Shown in pieces: positions 54,346 through 56,053 of a DNA stretch of 56,053 nucleotides (position 1 is the stretch's first letter; each line of letters begins with the position of its first letter). The position numbers and the translations under genes are program-made. The notes beneath the pieces were generated by a model, which made no database searches, was not told the origin of the DNA, and saw only the letters and a program-made list of their open reading frames with translations. The stretch spans positions 1-56,053 of the forward strand of contig MTME02000085.1 in NCBI GenBank assembly GCA_002011115.2, in the 5' to 3' direction. The stretch comes from Candidatus Pyrohabitans sp. JdFR-17 (GTDB taxonomy: Archaea > Hydrothermarchaeota > Hydrothermarchaeia > Hydrothermarchaeales > BMS3B).

Positions 54346-55605
54346 ATGGAAGCACTCCTCAAAAAGGTGGAAGAGCATTTCAGGAGGAAGGAGTGGAAGG
54401 AGCTTGAGAAGGCGAGCAGCGAACTCCTCACCTCGAGCAAAGAGCACAAGCTAAAGGCACTGGCACAGGGTTTCAAAAGCTATGCCCGCGCAAGACAGGA
54501 GCATGAGGTGGAGAAGGTCATCTACCTTCTCAGCGAGGCTGCCGACGCATTTAAGGGTGTGGATGAGCTTCTGCATGCGATGGCTACAACTGAAAGGCTC
54601 CTGCTTCTCTCAGTATTCGATGAGCCAAACAGAGGTAAGCACCTCAAGGCTCTGGGAGAGTTCTCTCTCAACAGCTTCCTTCGCACCCGCAGCGAGGGAG
54701 ATATAAAGCTCGCGATAGAGGCGCTGGAGCGTGCGCGGGAGCACCTCACTGGTGGAGAACTCGCTGAGGTAGAGCTCAACCTCACCTTTTGCTATGGAAG
54801 CCTGGCTGAAGTGAGCGATAACCCAAAGCGAGAATATGAGAAGGTATTGGCCCTCTGCCAGGAGATGGAGGAGCGCTACCGCGAGAACAAGGCTATGCTT
54901 GCGAGGCTGAAGATGAACCACGCCACGGCGCTTCAAAACTTGGCTCGGTTACAGCCTGAGGAGGCGCTAAAGCTCCTTGACGAAGCGGCGTTGCTGAATC
55001 GCGAGGCGGTGCACATTTTCCGCGAGCTTGAAGCAAAGGCGGAGCTTGCAAGGGCACTGCAGAGTCTTGCGAATATATACATGGAAGCTGCGAACTTCAG
55101 CGAGACTTACCTCGAGAAGTTTATCCAGGTTAAGAGGGAGACCGCCAGTCTATTCTCTCAGGCAGAGTACGAGGTAAACGCAGCGCTTGAAGAACTTGAA
55201 GCCGCTCTTGCAAGAGTTGAGCTCGCAGCTAAGCGGGGGGATAGGCTGAGCCTAGATGTTGCGCTTGAGGAGATTGGCAGGGTATCTGAATTTTTCAGAG
55301 AGCAAGGTAAAAGTGAGGAGTTTGCCCATTCCCTCGCCGCCATGGGCGCTGCTTACAGGAGCAGAGCAAACCTGGGCAGCGATGCCAGAGAGGAGCTTCT
55401 CAGAAAAGCTGCGGAAAGTTACGAGGAGGCGATACGCCTCTTTGCAAGAGGTAATAATACCAATTACCTTGGCGCTGCAAAGGCGGCACTTGCACAGGTT
55501 TACCGCGATCTGGCAGAGCTTACAGGCAGAGCAAAGTATGCAGAAAAGGCAGAAACGCTGGAAAGAGAAGCAAGAGAACTTCTGAGAAAAAAGGAAATAA
55601 AATAA
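54346..55605 (+). CDS. TPR-like helical repeat protein
   Basis: Repeated Ala/Leu-rich helix pairs (ARALQSLANIY, AHSLAAMGAAY, AALAQVY); SD GGTGA. Confidence 0.75.
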   Translation: MEALLKKVEEHFRRKEWKELEKASSELLTSSKEHKLKALAQGFKSYARARQEHEVEKVIYLLSEAADAFKGVDELLHAMATTERLLLLSVFDEPNRGKHLKALGEFSLNSFLRTRSEGDIKLAIEALERAREHLTGGELAEVELNLTFCYGSLAEVSDNPKREYEKVLALCQEMEERYRENKAMLARLKMNHATALQNLARLQPEEALKLLDEAALLNREAVHIFRELEAKAELARALQSLANIYMEAANFSETYLEKFIQVKRETASLFSQAEYEVNAALEELEAALARVELAAKRGDRLSLDVALEEIGRVSEFFREQGKSEEFAHSLAAMGAAYRSRANLGSDAREELLRKAAESYEEAIRLFARGNNTNYLGAAKAALAQVYRDLAELTGRAKYAEKAETLEREARELLRKKEIK

Positions 55606-55626
55606 AGTTTTGTAAAAGAAAAGCCT

Positions 55627-55827
55627 TTACTTTGCAGCCAGCTTTATATCGCTAGCTTTTACAGTCTTTCTCCCGGCGTGCTTAGCAAGGGCACCTGCCT
55701 CTCTCGATATCTCAGTGCCTATCTCCTCGAGAATCTCTGCAAGGTACTCAGCAGCATCCCTGCCAACTCTCAAGCCTGTGGCATTCCTTATTATCCTGTC
55801 GCACGCAGAAATAGGTAGTTCACCCAT
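55627..55827 (-). CDS. Archaeal histone (HMf family)
   Basis: MGELP.....RII......RV..DA...L...LE......A.HAGRKTVK..DI.LA; SD GAGGTGA and a TATA-like box upstream. Confidence 0.96.
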   Translation of the reverse strand: MGELPISACDRIIRNATGLRVGRDAAEYLAEILEEIGTEISREAGALAKHAGRKTVKASDIKLAAK

Positions 55828-56053
55828 GATATCACCTCTTTTTTCTTATTTTCTATGTTTTCCCGACTGTTGTGTGTAAACCTTATTATATATAAATCTT
55901 ACTGTGGTTATTACCCAAGATGTGACTCTTTCAGGCTTTCTGATTTTTATGAGGACTTTCCAGGTTGACATGAGTTTCGGTTTCAAGTACCTTCGGGAGG
56001 GGTGCTGTCAACTTAAGCTATAAATGTGTAGTGGAGGCGTCCTTTTTGTTTGG

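Noticed and set aside
1-56053. CRISPR array, tRNA or rRNA genes
   Set aside because: No regularly spaced direct repeats, cloverleaf or rRNA-like sequence noticed by eye; a scan would be needed to exclude small RNAs

Overview
Archaeal chromosomal window. The HMf-type histone, Dph5, Trm5, RaSEA, aIF-1, ScpB, HdrBC and CGP-CTERM sorting tails point to a thermophilic anaerobic euryarchaeote-type host; Hydrothermarchaeota is a guess I cannot confirm. Housekeeping genes flank four accessory modules. (1) 14.4-23.9 kb: a candidate undescribed cytoskeleton-envelope system. Two divergent tubulin/FtsZ-superfamily genes, one carrying the eukaryotic beta/gamma-tubulin-like GAGNNW loop, sandwich a membrane-anchored helical protein. 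They share a symmetric bidirectional promoter with two exported proteins that have the same cytoplasmic WxRD-x6-G[DN]-x3-GA tail. (2) 23.9-43.2 kb: an AT-richer surface/extracellular-electron-transfer island with a 1589-aa cytochrome (34 CxxCH), two paralogous tetraheme nanowire-like cytochromes, an unannotated pseudogenised third paralog, a locus-encoded signal peptidase, a pentaheme cytochrome and NosD surface proteins. (3) 43.2-47.8 kb: an operon with an apparent polyprotein (internal CGP-CTERM fused to a second signal peptide), a membrane protein and an arginase-fold lipoprotein. (4) A solo tnpB element apparently inserted at the thiL start codon. All calls come from motif reading by eye; no searches were run.
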